Notes under the pieces: model-generated
Databases searched by the model: none
What the model saw: the letters and a program-made list of their open reading frames with translations, nothing else
What the model was told of the DNA's origin: nothing
DNA from: the human T2T-CHM13v2.0 reference genome, Homo sapiens
Assembly (NCBI RefSeq): GCF_009914755.1
Contig: NC_060930.1
DNA length: 64,000 bases
Strand: one strand, 5' to 3'
In this document: positions 27,140 to 47,360 of the stretch, piece by piece
How positions within the stretch are numbered: the first letter of the stretch is position 1
Layout of the letters: every line of letters begins with the position of its first letter
Position numbers and translations under genes: made by a program

Positions 27140-27691
27140 TGGACCTATGGCCAAGTCACTAGAGTCTGCATTTCCCAGTCTTCTCTGCAGCTGCCTAGGG
27201 CTGGGTGACTTACTAGGCTGAGAGCAACCTGGGGTTCCCTGGCTGGGAATGGTGACCATTGTGGTAACCTCCCTGGACCCAGGGTGGAAGGTCCGGGTTG
27301 GAGATAATTGAGCTCACCACCCCAGCCTGGATTCCTGGATGATGTGAAACTCAGAGACAACTATTTGTCCCAGACCAGGGGTTTACTGGAGAGCTGAGGG
27401 TCAGACAGCAAATATTTTAGGCCTTTTTCACCATAAGGTCACGGTCGTACTACTCAAGTATCTATGTAGAAGGAAAGCAGGTATAGCCAACAGGGAAATG
27501 AGTGGGCATGGTTGGGTTTCTATGAAACTTTATTTGTAAAACAGGCAGCAGTTTTGATTTGGCCCCCAGGCTGTCATTGGTGTCCCCTGCCCTAGCCCAC
27601 CCACACATGTTTGGAGTACTATGAGACATTTAAGCTACTATATTTTGGGTTTCCTTGTTATAGCATCTTAGCCTACATCCTAATTAATGCA
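27140..27691 (+). mobile_element. Old MLT1-type LTR with a nested MER58A (~27375-27589)
   Basis: MLT1 3' end 'tttaagctact...ttgttatagca...cctaattaatgca'; MER58A 'gcaaatattttaggc...aaactttatttgtaaaacaggc'. Confidence 0.55.
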
Positions 27692-27694
27692 GCC

Positions 27695-28245
27695 TTCATT
27701 ATGGATTAATTCCCCGAGAAATTTTTTAACTGGCCCAACTTTTCATCTGCTTCTACTCTCACCTGAGCTAGCAGTGGTCTTCACTTGTTGTCCCTGCTTC
27801 TGGTCTCGAAATCCTGTGTGTCACTCTTCAACCTGCAACCAAGATGGGTCTTTCAAGAAATATTCTCATTTTCTCCTCCTTAAAATGCTCTGAATTTACT
27901 CATTGCAAAGAGTAAAATATAATCTCCTAGAGAAGCAGAAGAGACCTTGATCCAACTACCGCCTGCCTATCTTTTCAGTTTATGCTACAGGCAACGTTAA
28001 TCTTCAGAAAGATTTTTGCTTGTGTCACCCCTTCTTGCTGGAATGGTCTTCCCAACAAGAGCCTTTCATTGCACTTCAATTACCTATCACAACTCACTTC
28101 CAGGGTTTCCTTTTCTAACAGGCCCTTCTAGATTCCCCCCTGCTAAGAAATGAACTACCTGCAAGTAGAGGCTGTATCTTATTGGTTTTTATTCCTCTAG
28201 GATCTGTCACAGAACAACCTCTGTTCATGCCTAAATGAGTGAGCA
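27695..28245 (+). mobile_element. L2 fragment
   Basis: 'ctcctccttaaaatgctc...gagaccttgatcc...ctggaatggtcttccc...cctaaatgagtga'. Confidence 0.5.
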
Positions 28246-28709
28246 CCTCTTTCCTCTTCTGTCACTACTAGTAATTAAAATGATCTCTTTACTTAGGAAA
28301 TATATAATATTTATAAAATCAGCAGAATAGGCCATTCTATTTGGAAAGGATAAAAGGAGGCCCACAGACTAAGTATACTGCACAAAGTTTATTTATCTAA
28401 GATTTGTTCATTTTCATATTTCACTTGTGAAAGGCTACCCTCCTCCTTTCAAGCATCTGTTCCTTCTCCCATCTGTACAATAAAAATCCTCTCCTATGTA
28501 TTTACTCACTTTTGCCTTCATGTCTGCAATGCTCTTCTTTGAAACACTGTTGCCCAAACCACCTCCTGCTTAGAGGAAATCTCACTCTGTCATTTCTTTT
28601 CTTAAATTGTATGTCCAGTTGCTCTGCACAAAGATGCAGTCACCTTGCTCTTTACTGGGTGGAATAGGATGTTAAATGAAATGTTTGTATGAGATCCTTT
28701 TTGAAGTTA

Positions 28710-29810
28710 GTTGTGTGAGAGACCATCCCCTTTTGTAAGATTTGTCAAAAGTGAGTGGGTCGGAGCTGGACTGATAACTTCTAAACCTTGTTCATACACC
28801 AAAGGTGTGAGATATTGGGTGATAAGAGAGTTGGGGAGGCTGTGTACAAAGAGCTGCAAGTGTGCTGTGAGTCAGCCCTTGCCTCAGCAACCCCCACCAG
28901 GGAGGAGGAGTGAGGGGTGCCTGTCCCATCTTCAAGCCCTGCAGAAGCTTCAACAGACCACCCCCAGAGAGCTAGATATGTGCCTCTTAGAGTTATAGGG
29001 TCAGCATGGCCTGAAGACTGATGCTGTCCTGAGTGAAGGTCCAGATAGTGGCTGGGCAGAGCTGTGAAGCAGAGCGGCTTCAGGGTTGGGATGGACCAGA
29101 CCTTCCAGAGGTTGTCAGGAGTTTTCCCCTGGATGACATCCAGGTGCAAATGAAAGATGCAGCATGGGGTCACTTCAAGTCCTAAGGGGGCTACTTGGAG
29201 AGGCTAATACAGCTCAGCAGAGAGAAGCCGAAGATGGAACTGGATATCTAAGAACCTCAAACAACCAGCTGGGATAGAGATGCACAAGCCTGGGTCAAGA
29301 GAACTGCAGGGAAAGATCCACATTGATGCCAAAAACTTCCACAAAAGCTCCAGCAAGAGAAACAGCTCTACTTCACTGCCAGGCTCAGAATGCATGAAGC
29401 CAGCTTACAATAGTGCCAATTGGGAGAACTTTCCTTCCCCCCTTGTCTCCCCTCCCTCTCTCTTCAACAACAGAGGGGCAGTCCAACACCAGGCAAGAAA
29501 TCTGGCAGAAGCAGAGGAGAAATGCTGGCTGGTGAAAGGGGAGAGATGCTGACACTGCCCTTTCTGCAGGACTGGAGTCCTGCCCAGGGCCAGGCCTCAC
29601 TGGAGGAAGGGGAGAAGGCACAATTGTACATCCTGTGCCTGCTTGGATTCCGATAAAGTCCCGTAGTTTCAGATTTCTGCATTGAGGATGTTTGCATTAG
29701 CTATGAGTGACCAGAAAAATCATAAGAACAGCCTGCATTCTCACCAAGGGCCTGGGGGAAGCACAGAACATAAACATAAAACTGTTTTATGATTACATTT
29801 CCCCACATCA
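28710..29810 (+). mobile_element. Possible ancient Gypsy-like (MamGypLTR-type) LTR remnant
   Basis: 3' segment 'atgagtgaccagaaaa...ataaaactgttttatgattaca' resembles remembered MamGypLTR ends; identification is weak. Confidence 0.3.
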
Positions 29811-30800
29811 GGCTTGTTCAATAAGTCAATTAAATTTTTTCACTTATATTTTTAACTTGTGAAGACAGTGGCATGTTTATTATTCCCAGTAATTTTTGCC
29901 AAAATTAAAGGAAAGAAAATTGGAAGGCAAAATGACGTGCTTTTGGAACTGAGGTTGTGCTGGGAACAAAGGCATTATTTGCTAAGAGTAAAAAAATACG
30001 ACGCAAGGAAATTAAGAACTGAGCCTATTTTCTTGTTAGCTACTTTCTCATGCACTTTAATAGTATTTCATAAAAGTATCTTTCATGCTTCAGACATCTC
30101 AAGATTAGGAATATGTGTTATTTTTCGCTCCTTCTCTGCAGCTTTTTGGAGAGGAAAGCAAACAGAATCACGGGGAATCTATTCAGGTAGTGAGAATCTC
30201 ATGAAGTACAGAAGACACTCTGATTAAGACCAAAACCTCCTGAGGAGTTTGGCTTTAAACCCCATGTTCTCCCTGGCAAAGTGTCTTGATCTGAAATCCA
30301 TGTTAAGCTAAAATGCCAAGAGGATAAAATATCTTCAGACGTAGCTTTAGCTGGGCTGCTAAAAGGAGCCAAGTGGAAGAAAACTGGCAACCTGGAATAT
30401 TACAGCCGAGGTTTGCTAGTGGCTGCACAGGTATGGGAGTGATAGTGATGTCAGCGGCTAGAACATCACCTTCATTTTCCTACAAATCAATTGCAAAATG
30501 GCTTCCTTTCACCACAAGGTATATGTGGAATAAATACTCCTGTTGCTATGAAATTAAATATGGGCAAGCTTGGCTTCAGGGACTGAGGTCTTGATTTTAG
30601 AGGGCAGGCTCAGTGGGAGTGAGTCAGAAAGAAACAGCTTTGTGAAAGGGCTACTTATTTGAACTGGGAGTGGGGCCACAACCCCCACCATCCTCTGGGA
30701 ATGCGATAGGAGGCCTCTGCTCTCTCTAGCATGTTGCTTCTGGAGCCTGCCAACAACGAACCTTTCTAAGGCATATGCCTTACCTCTAAACTTATGTTTA

Positions 30801-37878
<7,078 letters not shown>

Positions 37879-38354
37879 TGTAATGCACACATAGCTAATT
37901 TTTATTTAAAAGAATAATAATAGAAATCTAATAAGCACCCACATACATCCCATCCATCTCAAGAAACAGAACATTGTCAATGTTTCCGAATTCCTCTGTC
38001 TGCCTTAACTGATCATGTACCCTTCTCTGCCCACACTCCAGACAGGGCAAGTCTCCAGAATTTTTATCCGTCTCTTGCTTCTCTTTTTAGTTTTAACTCA
38101 CATACATATTCCACTAATTGACACATTAGTTCTGCCTGTTTTTGATGTTTATATAATGTATAGTCTGTGCTCTTTTGTATCTTGTGCTTACACATATATT
38201 TTTGAGATTCATCATGTTAATATTGGTAGTTGGCCTTTTGTTCACCACTGTATAATGTTCTGTAGCATGAATGTATCAAAACTAATATATTAGTTCTACT
38301 CATGATTGACATCAAGATATTTTTTCTATTATGAATGCTGCTTCTATGATTATT

Positions 38355-38498
38355 CTTTTTCTTATTTTTTATTTTTTTGTAGAGATGGGAGTCTCACTTT
38401 GTTGCTCAAGCTAGTTTCAAACTCCTGGCTTCAAGCAATCCTCCCACCTCAGCCTCTCAAAGTGCTGGGATTACAGTTGTGAACCACCACAGACAGCC
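38355..38498 (-). mobile_element. FLAM/Alu left monomer
   Basis: Single reverse monomer 'gtagagatgggagtctcac...caaagtgctgggattacag'. Confidence 0.85.
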
Positions 38499-38512
38499 TA
38501 TGATCATTATTC

Positions 38513-38811
38513 TTTTTTTTTTTTTTTTGAGATGGAGTCTCACTCCGTTGCCCAGGCTGGAGTGCAGTGGTGTGTGATCCCGGCTCACCTCAACTTCCGC
38601 CTCCTGGGTTCAAGCGATTCTTCTGCCTCAGCCTACCGAGTAGCTGGGAATACAGGCATGTGCCACCATGCCCAGCTAATTTTGTATATTTAGTAGAGAC
38701 GGGGTTTCACCATGTTAGCCAGGCTGACCTCAAACTCCCGACCTCAGGTGATCCGCCCACGTCGGTCTCCCAGACTGCTGGGATTACAGGCGTGAGCCAC
38801 CGCGCCCGGCC
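38513..38811 (-). mobile_element. AluS (Sq/Sp-like)
   Basis: Full reverse Alu; ATGATCATT flanks at 38500 and 38812. Confidence 0.92.
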
Positions 38812-39801
38812 ATGATCATTCTTAAACACGGCTTCTGAAGTGCTTCTGCAAGAGTTTCTCTTTGGTTACAATCCTTGAAATAGGAATACTGAGTGGAAGA
38901 ATAAATGCATGCCCAATTTACTAAGGGACACCAAAATATTTTTCAATGTATTTTCCTATTAATAATCACTTCAGCAGTGTTTAAGAATTCCTATCGCTAC
39001 ATATCCTTTCTTACTGTCAGTACTATCTTTTATCTTTTTTTCAATCTGGTGGTCATGCATATATGCATATTTCACAATATATTTGTGAAATGATGTCTGA
39101 TCTCTCACAATAAATATATGAAATTATACCTGATATTTAATTTGCATTTCCTGACTAATCCAATTCCTGACTTCATAAGGTTGAGTCTCTTTTTAGGAAT
39201 TATAGGTACTCTTCTCCTCTTTTGTGAAATTCCTATTCCTGTCTTGCCTGCTTTTATGGAGTTTATTGTTCTCATTATGTAATAGGCATTTCTTATTTGA
39301 AGTACTTTGTCAAGTGTATTGCAAATGTTGTCTCCTGGTTTGTGGCCTGTCTTTTAACTTGGTGACGTCTTTGATGAGTAGGATATACAGAAGTTGTTAA
39401 AAATTTAAGGTAGTCAAATATACCAATGCTTTCCTTTATGGTTTGCATTAAGAAATCCTTCCCTTCTCTGAAGTCATAAATCCATTCTCCTAGATGCTCT
39501 ACTAAATATTTAAAAAATTACATTTAACATTTTAATTTCTTAATCCATGTGGAATGTCTGTGTGTGCATGTTTGTGTGTATAATACCCAAAATGCTTGAT
39601 CAGGTAAGCATTTCATATCTGAAGAGGCTGTCCTGGCACCAGGATTCGGGACAGGAAGCATGGCATGCCAGAAGAGTACATCTCTGTATCTCTTTAGTTG
39701 GAGTCCACCCAGGATTCTATGGTCCTAATTAATATAGTGTTATAAGCCTGGATACCTGGGGAGTCAAGTCTACCTATTTTGGTAGATAGGCCTTGTCTGT
39801 T

Positions 39802-40310
39802 TGTGATGGCGCTTTTGATCTGTCAACCTGGTCAGGCTACAGGCCAGTTATACAAACATAATCCAGGTACTGCTGTGAAAGAATTCGGCCTATGGAATTA
39901 CAGCTCTTAAGTCAGTTGACTTCAAGTAAGGAAGATTATTCTGGATTATCTGGGTAGGCCTGATTGAATTGTTAGAAGGCCTTAAATGCAGGACTGAGGT
40001 TTCCCCAGGAGAGAGAAGAAATTCCACCTGTGGATGAGAGCTGTGGCTTGTTCCTGTGAAGTCTCATTGTGCTCATGACGACTTTCTGCATGCATTTGGG
40101 ACTTGTTTAACCAGCCCCTGCAATCATGTATGCCAATTCCTTGCAATAAATTTCTGTGTCTCTCGCTGTTTCTCTTTGTCCCTGTCTGCCTCTCTGTTTC
40201 TGTATTTCTCTCTGTATGTATGTGTGTATACATACACACACACATATATATTCATATATATATATATATATTTCTTCCTCTGCTTCTCTGTTTGAACCTT
40301 GACTTAAGCA
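39802..40310 (+). mobile_element. MLT2 (D-like) ERVL LTR with an internal (CA)n/(TA)n microsatellite
   Basis: 'tgtgatgg...tgtcaacctgg...ctgaggtttccc...gaagaaattccacctgtgga...ccaattccttgcaataaat...gaaccttgact'. Confidence 0.75.
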
Positions 40311-43270
40311 TTCTTCTCTCTTTCATATATATTACAAAATCAACTTGTCAGGTTGATTTTGTAATTTATACATGTTTGGGTTTCAATGTATATTACATTA
40401 AATCTATATGATAATTTGGATGGAATTGATATCTTCACAGAATTGAATCTTTCTATCCATGTTTTTCCACTTAGGTCTTTTTAATACCTTTCCATAGAGT
40501 TATAATTTTCTGCAAAAGCTTTATTTTTGTAGCTGTTACAAGTGTCAATTTCTAAACCTTGTTCTTATAAAAGACATACATAAAAATTGCATGGCTTAAT
40601 GAATTATTATAAACACGCATATAATCACTGCTCAGGTTAAGAAACAGAACATTGCCTGAAGCTTGCTGAGTGCCTCTGCCTGTTCACAACCCACTTCCTC
40701 TACCTGAAACACAATCATTATTCGGACCTTAGAAAACTGCCTCACTTCCTTTTCTCCCTCTTGTCCTTCCACAATTTTGTCACTTCTGTAAGAATTTCTA
40801 AATAATATGATTTAGCACTTTATAGAAATGGAATCAGGCAGCAGTGTGAGTCCATATTATTATTTAAACTTTACTCTTTCTCATTAAATACGTGTTTATC
40901 ATTATGAAATGACCCTCATTGCCTCTTAAAGTCTTTTTTTTACTTTAATGTCTACTTTGTGTGATATTAATAGAGCACACTAAGATTTTCCCCATCCTTT
41001 TATGTTTTGCCTTTCTGAATCCCTATTCCTGGTGACCACTGTGGTTTGCCACATCTTAAAAATATTTTTGCAGAGAACCCTTTACTATGTTATTGCCCTC
41101 TGAGCTACAAGACATTATATATTTGGTACAGATTTTCTAGTTTTTTTAAGAGGATGGCGAGTGCAAATTAAATTCATCTGATTTGCTTTTATTAGAAGCA
41201 GAGTCCCCAGTTGTATCTTCTTTTAAATTGCTTTTTATCTGTGGATGGCTTTATAAAATAAGTTTTTGTGCATTGATCCTACACCCTGCAGACTTGCTAA
41301 ACTCGTTAATTTTTAGCTTTTTATATATAAATTCTTTCAAATTTCCATGTAGATAATCATATTATTAGCAAATGATGAGAGATTTCATTCTTTTTGATCC
41401 TTACACCTTATATTTCTTTTCCTTGTCTTGCACTGGCAAGTATCTCCAATACAATAAATATAAAATAGCAATTAGGCTTTGGTTTCTGATTTTAAAGGGA
41501 ATCCATTTAATGTTTTGCACTAAGCAAAATATTTGCATGTTTTTTAAAATTGGTATGCTTTATCAGATCAAGCAAATTCCTTTTTATTCCTAGTTTGCTA
41601 AGAGATTTTTTAAAAACATCATAAAGTGTTATTGAGTTTTATTAGAGCTTATTCTGAATCTATTAAGATGATCATACGGTTTCTCTGAATCTGTTATTGT
41701 GGTGAGTTACATTCTTAGGTTTTTCTAATGTTGAACCAATTTTGCACCTTGAATAAATTCTACCTGATTATGTGCATTATCACTTTTATACATTTATTGA
41801 TTTGGTTTATTTAGAGCTTTTGCATCTACGTTCTTAAATGGCCTGGAATTTAACTTTTGTATAATGTCCATGTCTGATTTGACAGCATGTTTACACAAAC
41901 CTCATTAAATGAGTTGGGGAGTGTCTCCTGTTGTTCTTTCTTTGAAAGAACTAGTATAAGCTTGGAATTATGTGTTCCTTGAATACTCAGGAGAGCTCAC
42001 TTGTAAGCCCTCTGGGTTCTGTGTTCTCTGTGGGAAGACTGTAACTACTGATTTAATTTATAGGCTGGATCTACCATCATTAAAGATTCTCACCATGGGA
42101 ATGCCTGCTGTACCAGCAGAGCCCAGGCTGTGTGACAGCTTGGAAGTCCCTATTACCTTGCTGTCCTCCTGTCCCTTTCCAACTTTCCTGGAGGCAAAAT
42201 CCACAGGGGCTGCAGCTCCCCCGAGTGGCTACAGAAGAGCAGCTCTGAAGGAGAGCTTGTTAGCGGTGGGCAGCTGCAGCCTGGGGAACCACATAGGCTC
42301 TGGGCACTTGCCTGCACCGTCCAAAGGCTGCCATCTTCTCCATCTTTGAGTAGGCTTGCTCGAGTCAGGAGGAAATAAGGACCGAGAGGGACAAGTGAGA
42401 ACCAAGAAAGGAGGGCTAGTGAGAGTGTAATGGTTCTGTAGGCTCCCCATTGTACGGCTCACTGACATTTAGTTGCTAGATAGGGGATAGCCCAGGGAGG
42501 GGGCAGTGGTGGCAGCCATGTGGTGGGTGCCTGGTCAGAGGGCGGGCTCAGTTTGGCAGCTCTTTACCAGCCAGTAAGGACAGAGATCTCAACATTTTAA
42601 TGTCTGTTGTAGCTGTTCTACTGTGCACCAGCTCTGAACACTGGATTTAGATTTCTGGATTGACATTATTTTCTTTCAGCTCTTTGAAGATATTATATCA
42701 CAGGCATCTGGCTTCATTATTCTGTGAGAATTTAGCTATTAATCAAACTGTAAATTCTTTGTAGATAATTTATCTTTTCTCTCCAACAGCTTTTGGTGTC
42801 TTTTTCCTCTTCTAGTGTCTTACAGTTTCATGATAACATATCTAAGTGTCATTTCTCTGTATTCAGCCTGCTTGGCTTCCTGATGGGAGGACTGGACTCT
42901 TGCATCAGTATTAGGAAGTTGTCAGGTGCTGTCTTTTGATTGTTGCCCTCCTCATTCTCTCAATTACCTCCTTCTGAATTGCCTATTGTGCCTTCTCACT
43001 TTTTCCTCATATCTTTCCATCACTTCATTTCTCTCTGATGACTTCTAGATAAATTCTTCAGATCTAACTCTCACTTTTTTGATTTTCTATGATAATTCCA
43101 GCATTTGAAGTGTTTGTGAGTCTACTCTTGGGATATATCACTTTGCTGATTCTCACTCAAGTGACTTGTTTCCTTTGTGTTTTCTGGTTTTTAATTGTAA
43201 GGTCTGAATTTTTTTTTCTTTAAACCTTTATCTGTGAGAGATATTTGAGGTTCTGAATTTGAAGTACTTG
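40311..43270 (-). mobile_element. Patchy old L1M antisense fragments
   Basis: 'gaattgatatcttcacagaattgaatctt', 'ttcctagtttgctaagag', 'tctttgaagatattat...tctggcttcattatt'. The interval also contains unassigned sequence at ~42060-42640. Confidence 0.55.
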
Positions 43271-43719
43271 GGTCAGGGATCTCTTTAAGCTAAATTTTCA
43301 TATTGGGGGTTTGCAGTAACCATGAAAGTAGTGTGAATTCCAGACCCAAACCCAGTTTGTTATGAGATTGTAGTTACTAATTTTGCAGAAAAGATAGCCC
43401 CACTCCTGCCAGTTTACCAGAGACAAGGCAAAAATAACCAAGTGAATATTACTACTTGCTTTCTCTATGAGGGATGGAGGTTAGAGAGGCTCTATTTTAC
43501 TCACTGTAGATGTCAGCCTTGAGAATCTCAGCGTTGAAAGTCATGGTTCTCTTACCCAGTCTCCTATGTGTCCTTCTTGACTTGGGCCCAGACATTCTCC
43601 AGGCTCTGGTGCTTGGCCAATTAATTTTCTCCAGGTTTTTCTGTAAGCTCTGTAAGGTAAGGTTTCACTTCATGTCTAGCAGTCATATTGCCGGGAGTGA
43701 GTGTACACTGTACTTGAAA

Positions 43720-44177
<458 letters not shown>

Positions 44178-44564
44178 TGTTCTGTTGGGCTTTCTAAACA
44201 TTTTTTTCCTAGGCATTACATTTTTTTTTGGAAGTAACTCCAGGAAGCTCACTATTTTGCAAACACTCTGGATGTATTACCCTGGTTTAAGGTACCTCAT
44301 AAGAAACGGGAAAGGAGTAAAGCTGGGAAGGTGGGAAATGGAGTTCTGTTGATTCATTTGAAAAGGCATTAATACTGTGAGAAGGTGACCAGGAAACAGC
44401 CTCTCCAAGCACCTTGAGAAGTTTTCTGAATGAATGTAGATAGCTAATGGGAATCTCAATGGAAACAGAGGGACAGTCCCTGATGCTTTATACAGGTCAC
44501 CTCTCTCTCTAACAACTCTTGGGGCTTCAATGCTCGCTCCTGGTGAACAACTCTTGGGGCTAGA

Positions 44565-44793
44565 TGCTCATAGTTCTGTAGGGTGGGAAGTCCAAGATCA
44601 AGGCATGAGATCAAGATCAGACTAAAAAACAAGAGAGCTCTCTGAGGCCTATTTTTTAAAGGCAATGGTTCCATTCATGAAGGCCCCACTTTCATGACCT
44701 AATCAGCAACCCAAAATCCTACCTCTTAATACCATCACGTTAGTGACTCAGATTTCAACATAGGAATTTCGGAGGGCACATTTGGTCTGTAGC
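44565..44793 (-). mobile_element. MST/MLT1A-type MaLR LTR fragment
   Basis: 'gggaagtccaagatcaagg...catgacctaatc...tttcaacataggaattt'. Confidence 0.7.
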
Positions 44794-45139
44794 ATGAGTA
44801 TATGGTGTCTATTGTATACGTCTTTCAACATTTTAATATGTTTGAACATTTTCACAATTAAATATAGACGAGAAGGGGAAAAAAGTAGCCTGGGGTCGAT
44901 CCCTACCTCATTGTAGGTTCCTTTCAAGTGACTTCTCACTTTTGTCAGCAAATATACTTAATATAGTACTCTGTACACACAGCTGCTCATGAAACAGAAA
45001 ACTAACATCTAAATTATCATCTAAAAGTATATGGTGCTCCCCATCCCCATCTGCCACATATGATTCAAAATAAAATAATACAAACCTGAAAAAATATGCA
45101 TGAAAAAGTCTATCCAAGTTTAGACTTTTCCCATTTTAG

Positions 45140-45607
<468 letters not shown>

Positions 45608-45879
45608 GGAAAAAGTAGCTTTATAAGGGACTGAAGCTTGTCCATGCCTGCAGGTAATATCCACCTAATTTCATGGCAAGCTAAACTCTCTTTTATCACT
45701 ATCTAGATAAATTTGGCATTATATTCTCATTAAAACCCATCTTTGCTTAAAATACTGGCTACCTTGTGTGTGTTCAATTCTTTTAGTAACTGGTACTTTT
45801 ATTGCCTTGTCATGTTTACCTTAGTCACTTACTAAAATTCCTTTTGCAAAACCTCAACTGTCTGGTTACTTTCCAGGAT

Positions 45880-45943
45880 AAGAAGATTTGCTTTAGAGAG
45901 AGAAGATTTGCTTCAGAGACAGATTTGCTTCAGAGAGAGAAGG
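45880..45943. repeat. Three-copy ~18-20 bp tandem repeat (AGATTTGCTTYAGAGA)
   Basis: Directly visible. Confidence 0.85.
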
Positions 45944-46693
45944 TCCTCTCTAATTTCTTTCTCTGCCTTATATCTGGTTTTGCTGCTGCGTCAAGCTGTT
46001 AGCCATATTCTTAAAAACATTTACTTTGGGCATTTTACTTTTCTTATTAATTTTTAGTATTTCTATTTTATCAGCATGTTGTTACAATATTGATTAATAT
46101 TGCTTACTAAATGTGATTTTGGGATATATGGGGTCCAGTGTAAGGGGTCTGCCTTCTCCTCATCCCTCTCCTTTCCTTGGAACTGCCTCCCACCTCTTAA
46201 TCCAGCAGAGGAGTCACATTCCTACATAGTTCCAGGCTTCTAGTTGAAACTAAGCTAGGCCAGTCGAAGATGGAACCAAAAGACGCAGGGATCAGTTGAC
46301 CTGTTTTTTCAAATGACCAAGACATCAATTCAGGGTGTTGGTCATAGCTGCTTTCCTCCCAGATGGCTGGGATGGAGTTTCCATTTTCACTAAAAACTTT
46401 TCTGTTAGAAGCTTATGTGGATCCCTTCAGTGACTCATATTTCAAAACCACAGTAGGATGATAGGTTGCCCATAATTGGTTTAATTTGGGAGGTATCCGC
46501 GGGAATGCAGCTGCATGAGGAATCCCTGGTTATCATCTATCAAGGTTGCCTTTGATAGGAAAATCACACTTCCCCCAGAAACTAGAATATACTATCCTCA
46601 TTATGCAACATGTGAGGCTTCTGGGCTAAGCAATAGCTAGGAAAAGATTTTTTTAAACTTGACTAGAGTATGCAATTATTTAAAACAATTCTT

Positions 46694-46983
<290 letters not shown>

Positions 46984-47164
46984 CTATGTTGACTACACAG
47001 TATTTTGATTTAAATATAATTAATATATACAAACATAAAAAACTCATTATATACTCCTTGTATGAGTTATATACTCACAAGTGTTATATGACTATAAAAC
47101 TAAACCGAATGTACAAATAAGACAGACAATACTGTGTGAAATGGATAATAGTCACATTTGTAAA

Positions 47165-47360
47165 GTTTTTCCTGTGTTCACAGTATAGTCTAAGTGCTTT
47201 ACATTTTGCTAATTTAATTATCACAGAGGCAGGTCATCTGATTTACAGTTGAGAAACTGAGGCATACAGTCCACACAACTGTTAAGTATTAGAGCTTTGC
47301 TTTGAACCCAGGAAATCTGGCTTCAGAAAGTGTGCACTTAATAATTATGTTAAGCTGCCT
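47165..47360 (-). mobile_element. MIR
   Basis: 'ctaagtgctttacat...tttacagttgagaaactgaggca...tttgaacccagg'. Confidence 0.75.

Larger units (their letters stand above)
37900..39560 (-). mobile_element. Old L1M (ME-like) antisense fragments, interrupted by Alus
   Basis: 'tttttgagattcatcatgtt', 'ttaatttgcatttcctgactaat', 'attgcaaatgttgtctcc'. Confidence 0.6.
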
